Of a stretch of 64,000 nt of DNA, positions 17,746 through 26,960 are shown in pieces. The notes beneath the pieces were generated by a model. The model had not been told where the DNA came from and searched no databases. It was given only the letters and a program-made list of their open reading frames with translations. The DNA is from Bacteroidales bacterium (GTDB lineage Bacteria > Bacteroidota > Bacteroidia > Bacteroidales > PUMT01): assembly GCA_007132715.1 (NCBI GenBank), contig SLOE01000047.1, positions 105,428 to 169,427 on the forward strand. The letters are read 5' to 3'. Both the position numbers and the translations under genes were made by a program. Every line of letters starts with the position of its first letter. The stretch's first letter is position 1.

Positions 17746-19266
17746 TTATTGGTCGCCCGGCTCCCATTCCATAACCACCCTGAAGCCGACCTCACGGGTA
17801 TCGGTATACCACCACTCGCTCTTTGGTATCTGCGGATCGGTCATCTGCCATGCCGCATGCCGGGTCTGACTCCTTGCGGCTACTCTAACATCCACTGCAT
17901 CGGAGTTGAATGAACCGCCCCTTATAACCCTTTCAGTACCGGATTCAGGTCCAACCGGGTTCACTACGGGGCCTGCCGGATACAATGAATAGGCATCAGG
18001 CGCATACCAGTCCCCGGTAAACTCAAACACATTGCCGAGCATATGCTCAAGTCCGAATGGATTGGGCCTGACATATCCCGGAGGCTGGGTGCGTGCCTCA
18101 CTGTTTTCCCTGTAGATAACATAGGAGCTGATCACTGCAGTGTCAGGACCAAAGATCCTGTTGCGCAAACTTTCACGGGTAAACCTCCGGGGGTCTCCCT
18201 CAAAGAAATAGGCCCCCTCAGTGCCACCACGTGCAGCATACTCCCATTCAGCCTCTGTCGGCAACCTGTATGTCCTGCCGGTCACTGCAGAGAGCCACCT
18301 GCAGTAGGTCTCTGCTGCATACCATGTCATCGTTATTGCTGGTCTGGAACCCATGCCCCATCCCTGGTCGGGCAGTCCCCAGGGGGGCGTGGGACCCGAT
18401 ATGGCATCAACCTCTCCGAGGTTGGTGGCATAGATATTATCCTGCCTGCCTTCAGCTGCAGTCGCATTGTAAAAGGCAAGGAACTCATCCCAGCTCACCT
18501 GGGCACGTCCCATAAAGAAAGAGCTAACCTCTACATCCCTGACAGGCCCCTCGTCATCCCTTCTGTAAGATTCGTCGGGAGGACTTCCCATTTTAAAGGT
18601 TCCACCGGGGATGGCTACCATCTCAAAGCCGACAGAAGAGCCCGGAATCTTTTCGGTAAAATTCACAAAATCTGCGACAACGGCCGGTTCGGTGAACACT
18701 TCCCTCTCAACTTCATCTGCAACCCCGAACTGAATACCCTCCTGCACAAGTTCGGAATAGTGTCCGACATAAAGGTGACAGTTCAGACAGCTCAGTTCGT
18801 CCTCATGCTGGCTGTAGTAAAGATGCGCCTGCTGTCCGTCCTGCGAAAGCTGCATAGGGAAAAGGTTCTGGTGACATTTGATACACGATTCGTCATATGT
18901 GTACCTGACAGCCTTTTCAACTGTCCGTTTCGCCTCCCAGTTGATCGACTCCGGATCCTTGAACAGCCAGCCGTAAACATCATTGGCTCCGTGCTTTGCC
19001 TTGGCAAGCAGGTATTTCAGGTTGCCGGGAGGTGGGAGGTGGCACTCCGCACACTGGACATAAATCCCGGATCGGTTATCGTAATGGTATGATCTCCTCC
19101 ACGACTCCTCTGCATGCGGATGGCTGTGGCAGGCATAACAGAATTCGTTTGTAGAGGTGTAACGGACTATACGGTCACCCAGAAAAAGGAACAATGCGGT
19201 CAGTATAACGGGCAGTATTATAATGTACCTGCGCCCGCGCCTGGTGGATCTACTCTTGCTCATCAA
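17746..19266 (-). CDS. fusion protein: NapC/NirT-type membrane-anchored tetrahaem cytochrome c + FGE-sulfatase-like (SUMF1 fold) domain
   Basis: One N-terminal TM helix. Four CxxCH motifs: CYACH 43-47, CAECH 72-76, CIKCH 128-132, CLNCH 160-164. Then FGE-fold motifs (RLPTEAEWEYAARGG, GNVFEFTGDWY, RVIRGGSF). Confidence 0.75.
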   Translation of the reverse strand: MMSKSRSTRRGRRYIIILPVILTALFLFLGDRIVRYTSTNEFCYACHSHPHAEESWRRSYHYDNRSGIYVQCAECHLPPPGNLKYLLAKAKHGANDVYGWLFKDPESINWEAKRTVEKAVRYTYDESCIKCHQNLFPMQLSQDGQQAHLYYSQHEDELSCLNCHLYVGHYSELVQEGIQFGVADEVEREVFTEPAVVADFVNFTEKIPGSSVGFEMVAIPGGTFKMGSPPDESYRRDDEGPVRDVEVSSFFMGRAQVSWDEFLAFYNATAAEGRQDNIYATNLGEVDAISGPTPPWGLPDQGWGMGSRPAITMTWYAAETYCRWLSAVTGRTYRLPTEAEWEYAARGGTEGAYFFEGDPRRFTRESLRNRIFGPDTAVISSYVIYRENSEARTQPPGYVRPNPFGLEHMLGNVFEFTGDWYAPDAYSLYPAGPVVNPVGPESGTERVIRGGSFNSDAVDVRVAARSQTRHAAWQMTDPQIPKSEWWYTDTREVGFRVVMEWEPGDQ

Positions 19267-19284
19267 ACTAATAGAATTGAAATA

Positions 19285-19299
19285 CGGGTCACTGACCCG
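19285..19299. promoter_or_regulatory. 15-bp perfect palindrome upstream of the cytochrome-FGE gene (candidate operator)
   Basis: cgggtca-c-tgacccg lies 19-33 nt upstream of the start at 19266. Function unknown. It could also be a weak terminator for the upstream gene. Confidence 0.2.
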
Positions 19300-19369
19300 G
19301 TGGCTAATAAGTCAGATTTTTTAACAGAAGCAAGTATACGCATATTTTTCAAAAATCCTAATGATATTA

Positions 19370-20749
19370 TTATATATTTCTTGCGGTTTCTTGCCTGCAG
19401 GACCTCATTACCGGCTCCAATCTTCCAACAATGTCATCAGCAAGCTCTGTGACAGCTTTCTGATCATCAGGAGCAGATACCAGGGAACGGTAAACGGCGG
19501 TCATCCTGCCCGCCCTTTCCGAATACCTGTAACACCAGTGGGCAAGAAGTCCGGCAGCAGGCATGGCAACCAGGGCCAAAGCGGCAACACCCGCGGGAAG
19601 GATTAAAAAAAGGAGAATCCCTGCAATCAGGTAATTAAGGGGAACAAGAACTAAACCAAGGACATATTTGAAGGAGCTTATGAACTGCGGGTCCTTTAAC
19701 TTCATCAATGCAAGCCTTATCAATGCAAGAGGCACCAGGTGGATGACCGCTCCTGCAAGGAAAACCGGATAGCACAGCAATCTCAGCATTTTGGCAGCCA
19801 GAACCCTTCCCCTTCCGGGCAACCGGACTGCCGTCAAATCAGCTCCATGCCTGTTAAGCAGTCCCAGCAGCCTGCCGCCCAGGTCACGCAGCTCTTCTGC
19901 AGCAGAAGGCTCACGGTCAAAATATTCGTACATTGCCTTTGAGAAAGCTTTCTGAATTAAAAACCGGCTACTGCATCCGGGGCCATCACCGGTCCCCTGC
20001 TTTTGAAGAGCCACTGCACCGGTCTCCATCAATAACCGGTCAATATCATAGTTCTCCTCATCCCTGATATTTATCACCAGGTCCTGCATTCTGGCAGACA
20101 GCTCATCCCTGATGGCATTGATACCTTTTTGAGGATGTTCCCTGTAAAGATCCATGTAGTCGGAAACAGAAACCGGGCTGCCGTAATTGACAACCAGCTC
20201 CTCACGGAAACGGTTGGTTTCGGTATAATCAAGTCCAACAGGCACTATCCTTACTCCGTGCCCGTTCCTGAAATCATCCATTGCCCTGAAAGCTATACGG
20301 AATACCCCCTTCTTAAGTATCCGCAACCGTTTCTGTTCACCGTGGTTGCCTTCCGGCATTATACCTATACAGCCCCCACCGGCAAGAACAGCTGATGTTT
20401 TTTCGAATGTCTCCTCATTCTGTCCCATTGATCCTACCCCGTCTCTGAAACGGTAAACCGGCACGATCTTTAAGAACCGGAGTATCATGGCAGCAAACCT
20501 GTTTCTGAATATATCGGCCCTTGCAAGGTAGACCGGCTGGTATTGATTCGTAAGCAGCACCGCCAGGGCGTCCATCAGTGCATTCCGGTGGTTTGCCGCA
20601 AAGATCAGTCCCCCGCCCCCGGGTATATCTTCCCGGCCGTATACATCTATCCTCCTGTAGAATATGTAAAATGCCGCCCTTGCAAGGTTTTTCAGGACGT
20701 GGTAACCTGTTGACCACCGGCCTGTATTTTTGTGCATCGCTTTTCCCAT
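19370..20749 (-). CDS. PlsC/GPAT-like glycerolipid acyltransferase with C-terminal membrane extension
   Basis: Acyltransferase blocks FAANHRNALMDA, YLARADIF and IMPEGNH. The C-terminal ~150 aa contains several hydrophobic helices. Confidence 0.65.
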   Translation of the reverse strand: MGKAMHKNTGRWSTGYHVLKNLARAAFYIFYRRIDVYGREDIPGGGGLIFAANHRNALMDALAVLLTNQYQPVYLARADIFRNRFAAMILRFLKIVPVYRFRDGVGSMGQNEETFEKTSAVLAGGGCIGIMPEGNHGEQKRLRILKKGVFRIAFRAMDDFRNGHGVRIVPVGLDYTETNRFREELVVNYGSPVSVSDYMDLYREHPQKGINAIRDELSARMQDLVINIRDEENYDIDRLLMETGAVALQKQGTGDGPGCSSRFLIQKAFSKAMYEYFDREPSAAEELRDLGGRLLGLLNRHGADLTAVRLPGRGRVLAAKMLRLLCYPVFLAGAVIHLVPLALIRLALMKLKDPQFISSFKYVLGLVLVPLNYLIAGILLFLILPAGVAALALVAMPAAGLLAHWCYRYSERAGRMTAVYRSLVSAPDDQKAVTELADDIVGRLEPVMRSCRQETARNI

Positions 20750-20887
20750 TTGACAGGCAAGATAACCATTATTTGAAAAAAACCAATCGTGTGGCTGCTC
20801 CCATATAATAAGGGAAAAGTTTATTTACATCAATAATTTGTAATTTAGCCGCCTGCATACTGGTTTGAACCGGGCACGATTTGAAGT

Positions 20888-21328
20888 ATGAACGATAAAA
20901 CTTTCAGAAACGAAGAAAACAATAAACTATTTGTGCTCTTTGACGGGCATTGTGTACTGTGCTCCCGGACGGTGCATTTTATCATTCGCAGGGACAAAAA
21001 GGATCTCTTCAGGTTTGCACCTTTGCAGGCATCGGGAATATCCGGGAGATTACCCGGGTCATGGATCCCGGAAAACAATGACAGTGTAATTCTGATTGAG
21101 AACGGCAGAGCCTGGTACAGGTCATCTGCAATATTAAGGATAATGCGCCGTCTTCCATTCGGCTGGCCGCTTCTTTACCTGCTGGTGGTCATACCGGTTC
21201 CGGTTCGTGACTTTTTTTATAAATTTGTCGCCGGCAGAAGGTACAAATGGTTCGGCAAATACGACAAGTGCCTGGTACCAGACGAAAGTATAAGAAATAA
21301 GTTTACAGATTATCACTTATCAGACTGA
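20888..21328 (+). CDS. thiol-disulfide oxidoreductase DCC family protein (DUF393)
   Basis: LFDGHCVLCSRTVHFIIRRD carries the DGxCxxC motif. Confidence 0.75.
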   Translation: MNDKTFRNEENNKLFVLFDGHCVLCSRTVHFIIRRDKKDLFRFAPLQASGISGRLPGSWIPENNDSVILIENGRAWYRSSAILRIMRRLPFGWPLLYLLVVIPVPVRDFFYKFVAGRRYKWFGKYDKCLVPDESIRNKFTDYHLSD

Positions 21329-21344
21329 TTAATAATAAAGACCT

Positions 21345-22547
21345 ATGCGTTTAATAATAAAGCTTTTAATATTATCCCTGCTGTTTGTTTTTCTGGCAGC
21401 AGGCTTTCCGGGCACGGTCAATGCCAGGCATAAGAATGATGCAAATCACATGAGCCATGTTGAACACAATGCAGGCCTGAGCAAACTGACTGACACATTG
21501 CACCCTGCCGACACACTGCAGATTAATGACACATTGCAACTTAACGGCACTCTGCACCCAGGCGACACGCTGCAGATTAATGACACATTGCAACTTAACG
21601 GCACTCTGCACCCAGGCGACACACTGCAGATTAATGACACATTGCAACTTAACGGCACTCTGCACCCAGGCGACACGCTGCAGATCAACGATACGATCCC
21701 TGCAAAAGACGTTGCTCCTGATGAAGAGATTGCCGAAGAGCCCAGGCCTTCATACTGGGCCAAAGGGCTCCACACGGCTGCCAATTTTTCGCAGATATCG
21801 CTTTCAAACTGGACTACCGGGGGACAAAATTCGGTTTCACTTACATCCTTCTTAAATGCCTTCATAAACTACAAAACCCCCGATGACCGGTTTACCTGGG
21901 AAAACAGTCTGGACCTTGGATACGGCCTTATCAACCAGGAGCACAGGCGAACAGTAAAAAGTGACGACAAGATCGACTTTTCCACCAAGTTCGGCCGAAG
22001 AGCTTCAGAAACATGGTCATACAGCACACTGCTTAATTTCCGTACGCAGTTTGCTCCCGGGTTTAAGTCCCCCGGCGACACCCTGAAAATATCAAATTTC
22101 ATGGCTCCGGGATATCTCAACCTCTCTTTTGGAATGAACCACCAGCTCGATCAGCACATCACCCTTTACATGTCGCCGCTGGCCGGCAGGATCGTTTATC
22201 TCTGGGACGAGGAGCTTGACGGCTCTTTCGGCGTAGAAGCCGGAGAGAACAAAAGGTATGAGTTCGGAGGCTTTATAAGGGTCCAGTTCAGGGCCAACCT
22301 GATGGATAATATAAGTGTTAACTCGAAGCTTGAATTGTTTTCCAATTACCTTGACAAGCCAAAAAATTTTGATGTCAACGCCGAGGCCAGGATAACCATG
22401 CAGATCACCCGCTTTATTGCTGCCAATATTTTGTTGCAGGCTGTTTACAATGAAAATGCCAGGGTAAAGCTGGCAGACGGCACTGAACTGGGACCGAGAC
22501 TGCAGCTTAAACAGGTATTCGGGCTGGGCTTTTCATACAGATTCTGA
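21345..22547 (+). CDS. DUF3078-like outer-membrane beta-barrel protein with N-terminal tandem-repeat region
   Basis: Signal peptide and an 18-aa repeat array. The body (WTTGGQNSVSLTSFLNAFINYK...) has alternating beta-strand character and ends in FSYRF. Confidence 0.6.
   Translation: MRLIIKLLILSLLFVFLAAGFPGTVNARHKNDANHMSHVEHNAGLSKLTDTLHPADTLQINDTLQLNGTLHPGDTLQINDTLQLNGTLHPGDTLQINDTLQLNGTLHPGDTLQINDTIPAKDVAPDEEIAEEPRPSYWAKGLHTAANFSQISLSNWTTGGQNSVSLTSFLNAFINYKTPDDRFTWENSLDLGYGLINQEHRRTVKSDDKIDFSTKFGRRASETWSYSTLLNFRTQFAPGFKSPGDTLKISNFMAPGYLNLSFGMNHQLDQHITLYMSPLAGRIVYLWDEELDGSFGVEAGENKRYEFGGFIRVQFRANLMDNISVNSKLELFSNYLDKPKNFDVNAEARITMQITRFIAANILLQAVYNENARVKLADGTELGPRLQLKQVFGLGFSYRF
21498..21695 (+). 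repeat. 54-bp in-frame tandem repeat, about 3.6 copies
   Basis: Units at 21498, 21552, 21606 and 21660 encode (T)LHPGDTLQINDTLQLNG. Copies 2 and 3 differ by one base. Confidence 0.9.
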
Positions 22548-22567
22548 TATCTGCGAATATCACACAT

Positions 22568-23503
22568 ATGTGCCAGTTCTTATCCCCGAAAGGGGGAAAA
22601 ATCTTAATTTCTGCCATACTTGCAATCCTTGTTGTTGCAAGAGCCTTTGCTTCGGCCGATACCATTCCTCCCAAAAACACAGACCGGAAAAGGTTATGCT
22701 TTACCCTTACAGCCACTGCCGCCGCCTGGGGAGGCGGGATGTTACTGCTGAACGAAGCCTGGTACAAAAACTACCCCAGGTCATCGTTCCACTTCTACAA
22801 TGATATGGGACAGTGGTACGACATGGATAAGACCGGCCACCTTTTCTCTTCCTATACCTTAAGCCTTGCAGGTATGCACCTGATGAGACGGACCGGCATG
22901 GAAAGCCAAAAGGCGGCATGGATCGGGGGACTGTACGGGCCCGTTTTCCTTTCAACAATTGAGATACTCGACGGATTCTCAGAGGAGTGGGGATTCTCGG
23001 TGCCCGACATGGCTTTCAACATTGCAGGTTCGGCCATAGCGGTATCACAGGAGCTTTTGTTTGGCCGCCAGGTTGCAAGAATAAAGTATTCCTACCGTGA
23101 AAGCGGTCTGGCCCACTACCGTCCCGATGCACTCGGCAGTAACCTTCCCGGAAGGATGCTTAAAGATTATAACGGACAAACACACTGGCTGTCGGTCAGT
23201 CCCGGCCGGTTTCCGGGAGAGGGCACACCGATACCCCCGTGGCTGGGTATAGCAATTGGATACAGTGCACACGGATTGCTCGGAGGCAGCTCAAACCCGT
23301 CAGAATTTGACGGCCGTGAACTGCCTCATTATGAACGTTACAGGAGGTTCATCATCTCTCCCGATCTGGATCTTTCTGAAATTGAAACCGGCTCGGAGAT
23401 CATTAACAGGGCGCTGCGGCTGCTGAATTTCCTGAAGGTTCCCGCCCCGGCTGTTGAATTCAACAGGGTTGACGGTATAAGGTTTCACATCCTGTTTTTC
23501 TGA
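22568..23503 (+). CDS. DUF2279-like membrane/lipoprotein
   Basis: NEAWYKNYPRSSFHFYNDMGQWYDMDKTGHLFSSY matches the DUF2279 signature as I remember it. Confidence 0.55.
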   Translation: MCQFLSPKGGKILISAILAILVVARAFASADTIPPKNTDRKRLCFTLTATAAAWGGGMLLLNEAWYKNYPRSSFHFYNDMGQWYDMDKTGHLFSSYTLSLAGMHLMRRTGMESQKAAWIGGLYGPVFLSTIEILDGFSEEWGFSVPDMAFNIAGSAIAVSQELLFGRQVARIKYSYRESGLAHYRPDALGSNLPGRMLKDYNGQTHWLSVSPGRFPGEGTPIPPWLGIAIGYSAHGLLGGSSNPSEFDGRELPHYERYRRFIISPDLDLSEIETGSEIINRALRLLNFLKVPAPAVEFNRVDGIRFHILFF

Positions 23504-23508
23504 AGCGG

Positions 23509-23907
23509 TCAGTCTTTGCCAGAAAGCCTGTCCAGAATCCTTCTCTCCTTTTTGGTGGGCCGGCCTGCTCCCCTGTCGCGGCGTACAAACATGACGAGAT
23601 TGCGGTGCCTGGCCTTCTCTTTTTCTTCCTCCGTTGTCAGATCCTCGAGGTAGTTGGCGACCAGGCTGGCCGGCTGTCTCTTCCCGACCGTCTGCAACAC
23701 CCTGTATGTGTATACTGACGGCTGACGCCTGAGATTAATCGTGTCTCCCTCCTTTACTGAACGTGAGGGTTTAACCGGAACATCATCCATAATTACACGT
23801 CCCGCGCGGCAGGCTTCGGTTGCAAGGCTCCGCGTCTTGAAAAGCCTTACGGCCCAAAGCCATTTATCGATCCTTACCCCGTCGTTTTCACCTTCACTTT
23901 TCACCAT
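23509..23907 (-). CDS. hslR: S4-domain RNA-binding heat-shock protein Hsp15
   Basis: RIDKWLWAVRLFKTRSLATEACRAGRV...VKPS..VK.GD. Confidence 0.8.
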   Translation of the reverse strand: MVKSEGENDGVRIDKWLWAVRLFKTRSLATEACRAGRVIMDDVPVKPSRSVKEGDTINLRRQPSVYTYRVLQTVGKRQPASLVANYLEDLTTEEEKEKARHRNLVMFVRRDRGAGRPTKKERRILDRLSGKD

Positions 23908-23957
23908 AACCGTTCAACAATTGCAGCCGGGGTCAGCCGGAACAAGCTGTAATACCC

Positions 23958-24527
23958 CTACCTTTTATTGTACAAGTTCATTGTGCGTTCAATGCCCACT
24001 GTTACAAAACTGTGAACCGCACCTATCACCTTCTCTATCCTTGCAGGGAGTATCTCCTGCTCCTGATCATCCATTTCTCCAAGAACATAGTCCACCTGTG
24101 ATCCTCTGCCGTACTCTCCGCCTATCCCGAACCTCAACCTTGGATAATCCTGCCTGCCCAGCACCTGGTTTATGTTGTAAAGTCCGTTATGACCGCCGTC
24201 ACCTCCTTTTGCCCTTATCCTTATCGTTCCAAAAGGAAGTGCAAGGTCATCAACAATAACGAACAGGTTCTCAACGGGTATTTTCTCTTTCTGCAGCCAG
24301 TAATTGACTGCGCGGCCGCTGAGGTTCATATAGGTGGTCGGTTTGAGAAGTATGCAGGTCCGTGCCCTGTACCTGTAACCGGCAACAAAGCCGTAACGGC
24401 GGTCCTCAAAAGAAATATTGGACACCCCTGCAAGAGTGTCCAATACCATAAATCCTATGTTATGCCTTGTACTGGCATACTTTTCACCAAAGTTTCCAAG
24501 TCCGGCAATCAGATACTTCATAGGCAC
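23958..24527 (-). CDS. pth: peptidyl-tRNA hydrolase
   Basis: MKYLIAGLGNFGEKYASTRHNIGF and GHNGL motifs. Confidence 0.9.
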   Translation of the reverse strand: MPMKYLIAGLGNFGEKYASTRHNIGFMVLDTLAGVSNISFEDRRYGFVAGYRYRARTCILLKPTTYMNLSGRAVNYWLQKEKIPVENLFVIVDDLALPFGTIRIRAKGGDGGHNGLYNINQVLGRQDYPRLRFGIGGEYGRGSQVDYVLGEMDDQEQEILPARIEKVIGAVHSFVTVGIERTMNLYNKR

Positions 24528-24545
24528 CGGTTAAAATTCAGTGCA

Positions 24546-25217
24546 TCAGCTTTCACCCTGGCCTTCCTCACCTGATCCTTCCGGCTTATCTCCTTCTCCT
24601 TCGCCAGCTTCTTCACCTTCGCCAGCTTCTTCACCTTCAGCTTCCTCTTCTTCATCTGTTACACCACGCGCAGCTCTTGTAAGCTTGACTGATGCTATCA
24701 CAAGGTTGGGAGGATCGAGTAATTCCATTCCGTCAAATTCAAGTTCGCCCACTTTAACCGACTTGCCGAGCCCGATTTTGGTAACATCAACATTCAGAAT
24801 GTCGGGCAGGTCTCCCGGCAGTGCCCTTACCCTTATCCTGCGGGTCTCAAGAGCAAGTTTCCCTCCCTCCTTTACACCTTCCGGCACTCCATGGAGCTCA
24901 ACAGGCACATCAATTGAGACAAGCCTGTCTTCAAATACCTGGTAAAAATCCATATGCAGTATCCGGTCAGTTACCGGATGAAACTGAATATCCTGCAGAA
25001 CCGCATCATAAACCTTACCCCCAATGTCAAGCTTCAGCAAAAAAACCCTGGAACTGTAAACCAGGTGCCTGAAATCATTTTCGGGTGCGGTAAAATGTAT
25101 ATTCTCACCTCCCCCGTAGAGCACACAGGGTACACTACCCTGTTTCCTGAGTTTCCTGGAATCCTTTTTGCCTACCGATTCGCGCAGGCTGCACTTAATC
25201 TCTAACAACTTCATCAA
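24546..25217 (-). CDS. rplY: 50S ribosomal protein L25/Ctc with acidic C-terminal tail
   Basis: RKLRKQGSVPCVLYGG at the N-terminus and a two-domain Ctc form. The tail is EEEEAEGEEAGEGEEAGEGEGD. Confidence 0.85.
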   Translation of the reverse strand: MMKLLEIKCSLRESVGKKDSRKLRKQGSVPCVLYGGGENIHFTAPENDFRHLVYSSRVFLLKLDIGGKVYDAVLQDIQFHPVTDRILHMDFYQVFEDRLVSIDVPVELHGVPEGVKEGGKLALETRRIRVRALPGDLPDILNVDVTKIGLGKSVKVGELEFDGMELLDPPNLVIASVKLTRAARGVTDEEEEAEGEEAGEGEEAGEGEGDKPEGSGEEGQGES

Positions 25218-25330
25218 TGAAAATTTAACTATTAATAATGGGTGCTACTTAGTTCCGGGATCACAGATGAAATATCGCGGACCTCCATCACACCATTGTC
25301 TGTAAATTTTGAGGTGCAAATATAGTAAAC

Positions 25331-26269
25331 TTAGACGATAAATGTGGAACTGATTGACTGGTAATTGTAAACTTTGCCAATAACCTCGGCAAACAGGTCG
25401 GCCACTGTAAGAACCTTTATTTTGTCAGATTTTTGTTTCAGCGGTATTGTATCAGTCACTACAACCTCGCTGATGGCGGATTTCTCTATCTTGTCAACGG
25501 CCTGACCCGAAAGTACCGGATGTGTAGCAACTGCCCTCACCGAACGGGCTCCGCTCTGCATCATCAGGTCGGCAGCCAGCAGCATTGTTCCCGCCGTATC
25601 GATCATGTCGTCAACTATAACCACGTTCTTCTCCTTCACATCTCCTATTATGGTAATTTCATCAACAAAGTTGGCCTTTTTCCTGAGTTTGTAGCAGATG
25701 ACCATCTCTGAATTCAGGAAACGTGAGTATGCATTTGCCCTTTTGGTCCCTCCCATATCGGGAGCCGCTATCACCAGGTTGTCAAGATGCATCTTCTTGA
25801 TGTAGGGGACAAATATGGCGGAAGCATAAAGGTGGTCGACAGGCACATCGAAGAACCCCTGTATCTGGTCTGCATGCAGATCCATGGTCATTATCCTTGA
25901 GACCCCTGCCTTGGAGAGAAGGTCGGCAACCAGTTTGGCCCCTATCGAAACTCTCGGTTTATCTTTCCTGTCCTGCCGGGCAAACCCAAGGTAGGGAATT
26001 ACAGCAACAACCTTGTAGGCAGATGCCCTTTTCGCAGCATCTATCATGAGCAGCAGCTCAAAAAGATTTTCCGTTGGCGGGAAGGTGGATTGTACGATGA
26101 ATACCACACAACCTCTTACTGATTCATCAAAACATGGCTGAAACTCACCGTCGCTGAACTGGATCACTGATGACTTTCCGAGTTCCATGCCGTAACACTT
26201 GGCAATTTTGTCGGCAAGATACATTGAAGCCTTGCCTGAAAAGAATTTTATCGGAGCTTTATGAGGCAT
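25331..26269 (-). CDS. prs: ribose-phosphate pyrophosphokinase
   Basis: PYLGFARQDRK, MDLHADQIQGFF and the VVIVDDMIDTAGT PRPP-binding loop. Confidence 0.9.
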   Translation of the reverse strand: MPHKAPIKFFSGKASMYLADKIAKCYGMELGKSSVIQFSDGEFQPCFDESVRGCVVFIVQSTFPPTENLFELLLMIDAAKRASAYKVVAVIPYLGFARQDRKDKPRVSIGAKLVADLLSKAGVSRIMTMDLHADQIQGFFDVPVDHLYASAIFVPYIKKMHLDNLVIAAPDMGGTKRANAYSRFLNSEMVICYKLRKKANFVDEITIIGDVKEKNVVIVDDMIDTAGTMLLAADLMMQSGARSVRAVATHPVLSGQAVDKIEKSAISEVVVTDTIPLKQKSDKIKVLTVADLFAEVIGKVYNYQSISSTFIV

Positions 26270-26331
26270 TTTACCTAAGATTATTATTTTGATGTCAGGG
26301 TTGCAAAATTAAATAATATCAGTAAATATTT

Positions 26332-26943
26332 CTAATTCCCGTTGGCAGTAAATTTAATGTTTGCCTTTTCAATATATCCCAGGATCTCCTCCCGGCCCCT
26401 GCGGTCGGTCACAGATGCACAAAACCAGGGAGGGGGTGTTTCCCACTCCTGTTCCAGACGTTTCAGATAATCAGCTACATTTCTCTGCAGGAGCGCAGGA
26501 GACAATTTGTCGCTTTTCGTGAATACAATAGCAAAAGGAACCCCGTTATAACCGAGTGAATTAATGAACGCCAAATCTGATACCTGCGGCTCATGCCTTG
26601 AATCAACCAGTACAAACATCGACAAAAGATTTTCACGTACCCTTAAATAACTTTCAATCAGCCTGCCGAAACCTTTTCTTTCACTGCGTGAAGTCCGGGC
26701 ATAACCGTACCCCGGCAGATCGGCCAGGTACCAATGGTCATTGATAAGGAAATGATTCACAAGCTTTGTCTTTCCGGGAGTTGAGGAGGTCTTTGCCAGC
26801 CTCTTGTATCCTGTCAGCATGTTTATCAGCGAGGATTTACCGACATTTGACCTGCCTGTAAAAGCATATTCGGGCATGTCCGGTGGAGGAAACTGACCGG
26901 CAGCGGCCGAGCTTTTGACGAATTCTGCACTTCTTATAATCAT
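26332..26943 (-). CDS. engB: ribosome biogenesis GTPase YsxC/EngB
   Basis: GRSNVGKSSLIN (G1), DLPGYGYA (G3) and TKSDK (G4). Confidence 0.85.
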   Translation of the reverse strand: MIIRSAEFVKSSAAAGQFPPPDMPEYAFTGRSNVGKSSLINMLTGYKRLAKTSSTPGKTKLVNHFLINDHWYLADLPGYGYARTSRSERKGFGRLIESYLRVRENLLSMFVLVDSRHEPQVSDLAFINSLGYNGVPFAIVFTKSDKLSPALLQRNVADYLKRLEQEWETPPPWFCASVTDRRGREEILGYIEKANIKFTANGN

Positions 26944-26960
26944 GGACGGATTTTCCAGGT

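Noticed and set aside
17746-18650. Reading the C-terminal domain as a functional formylglycine-generating enzyme (sulfatase maturase)
   Set aside because: The position of the two catalytic, copper-binding cysteines reads GGSFNSDAVDVRV, with no Cys. No sulfatase gene lies nearby. It is more likely a non-catalytic FGE-fold domain, as in GldK/PorK-type proteins.
18043-19092. 349-aa ORF antisense to the cytochrome-FGE fusion gene (with 16630..17445, 40736..41341, 41467..42204, 42271..42816 and 49998..50579 as similar cases)
   Set aside because: Each lies wholly within a gene that has clear family motifs on the opposite strand. The translations are Arg/Cys/Pro-rich and show no domain signatures. 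Long stop-free antisense frames are expected from the codon bias of the sense genes.
24598-24640. 18-bp tandem repeat (ccttcgccagcttcttca x2) at the 3' end of the L25/Ctc gene
   Set aside because: It simply encodes the low-complexity acidic GEGEEA tail of the protein. This looks like local slippage in a disordered tail rather than a separate element.
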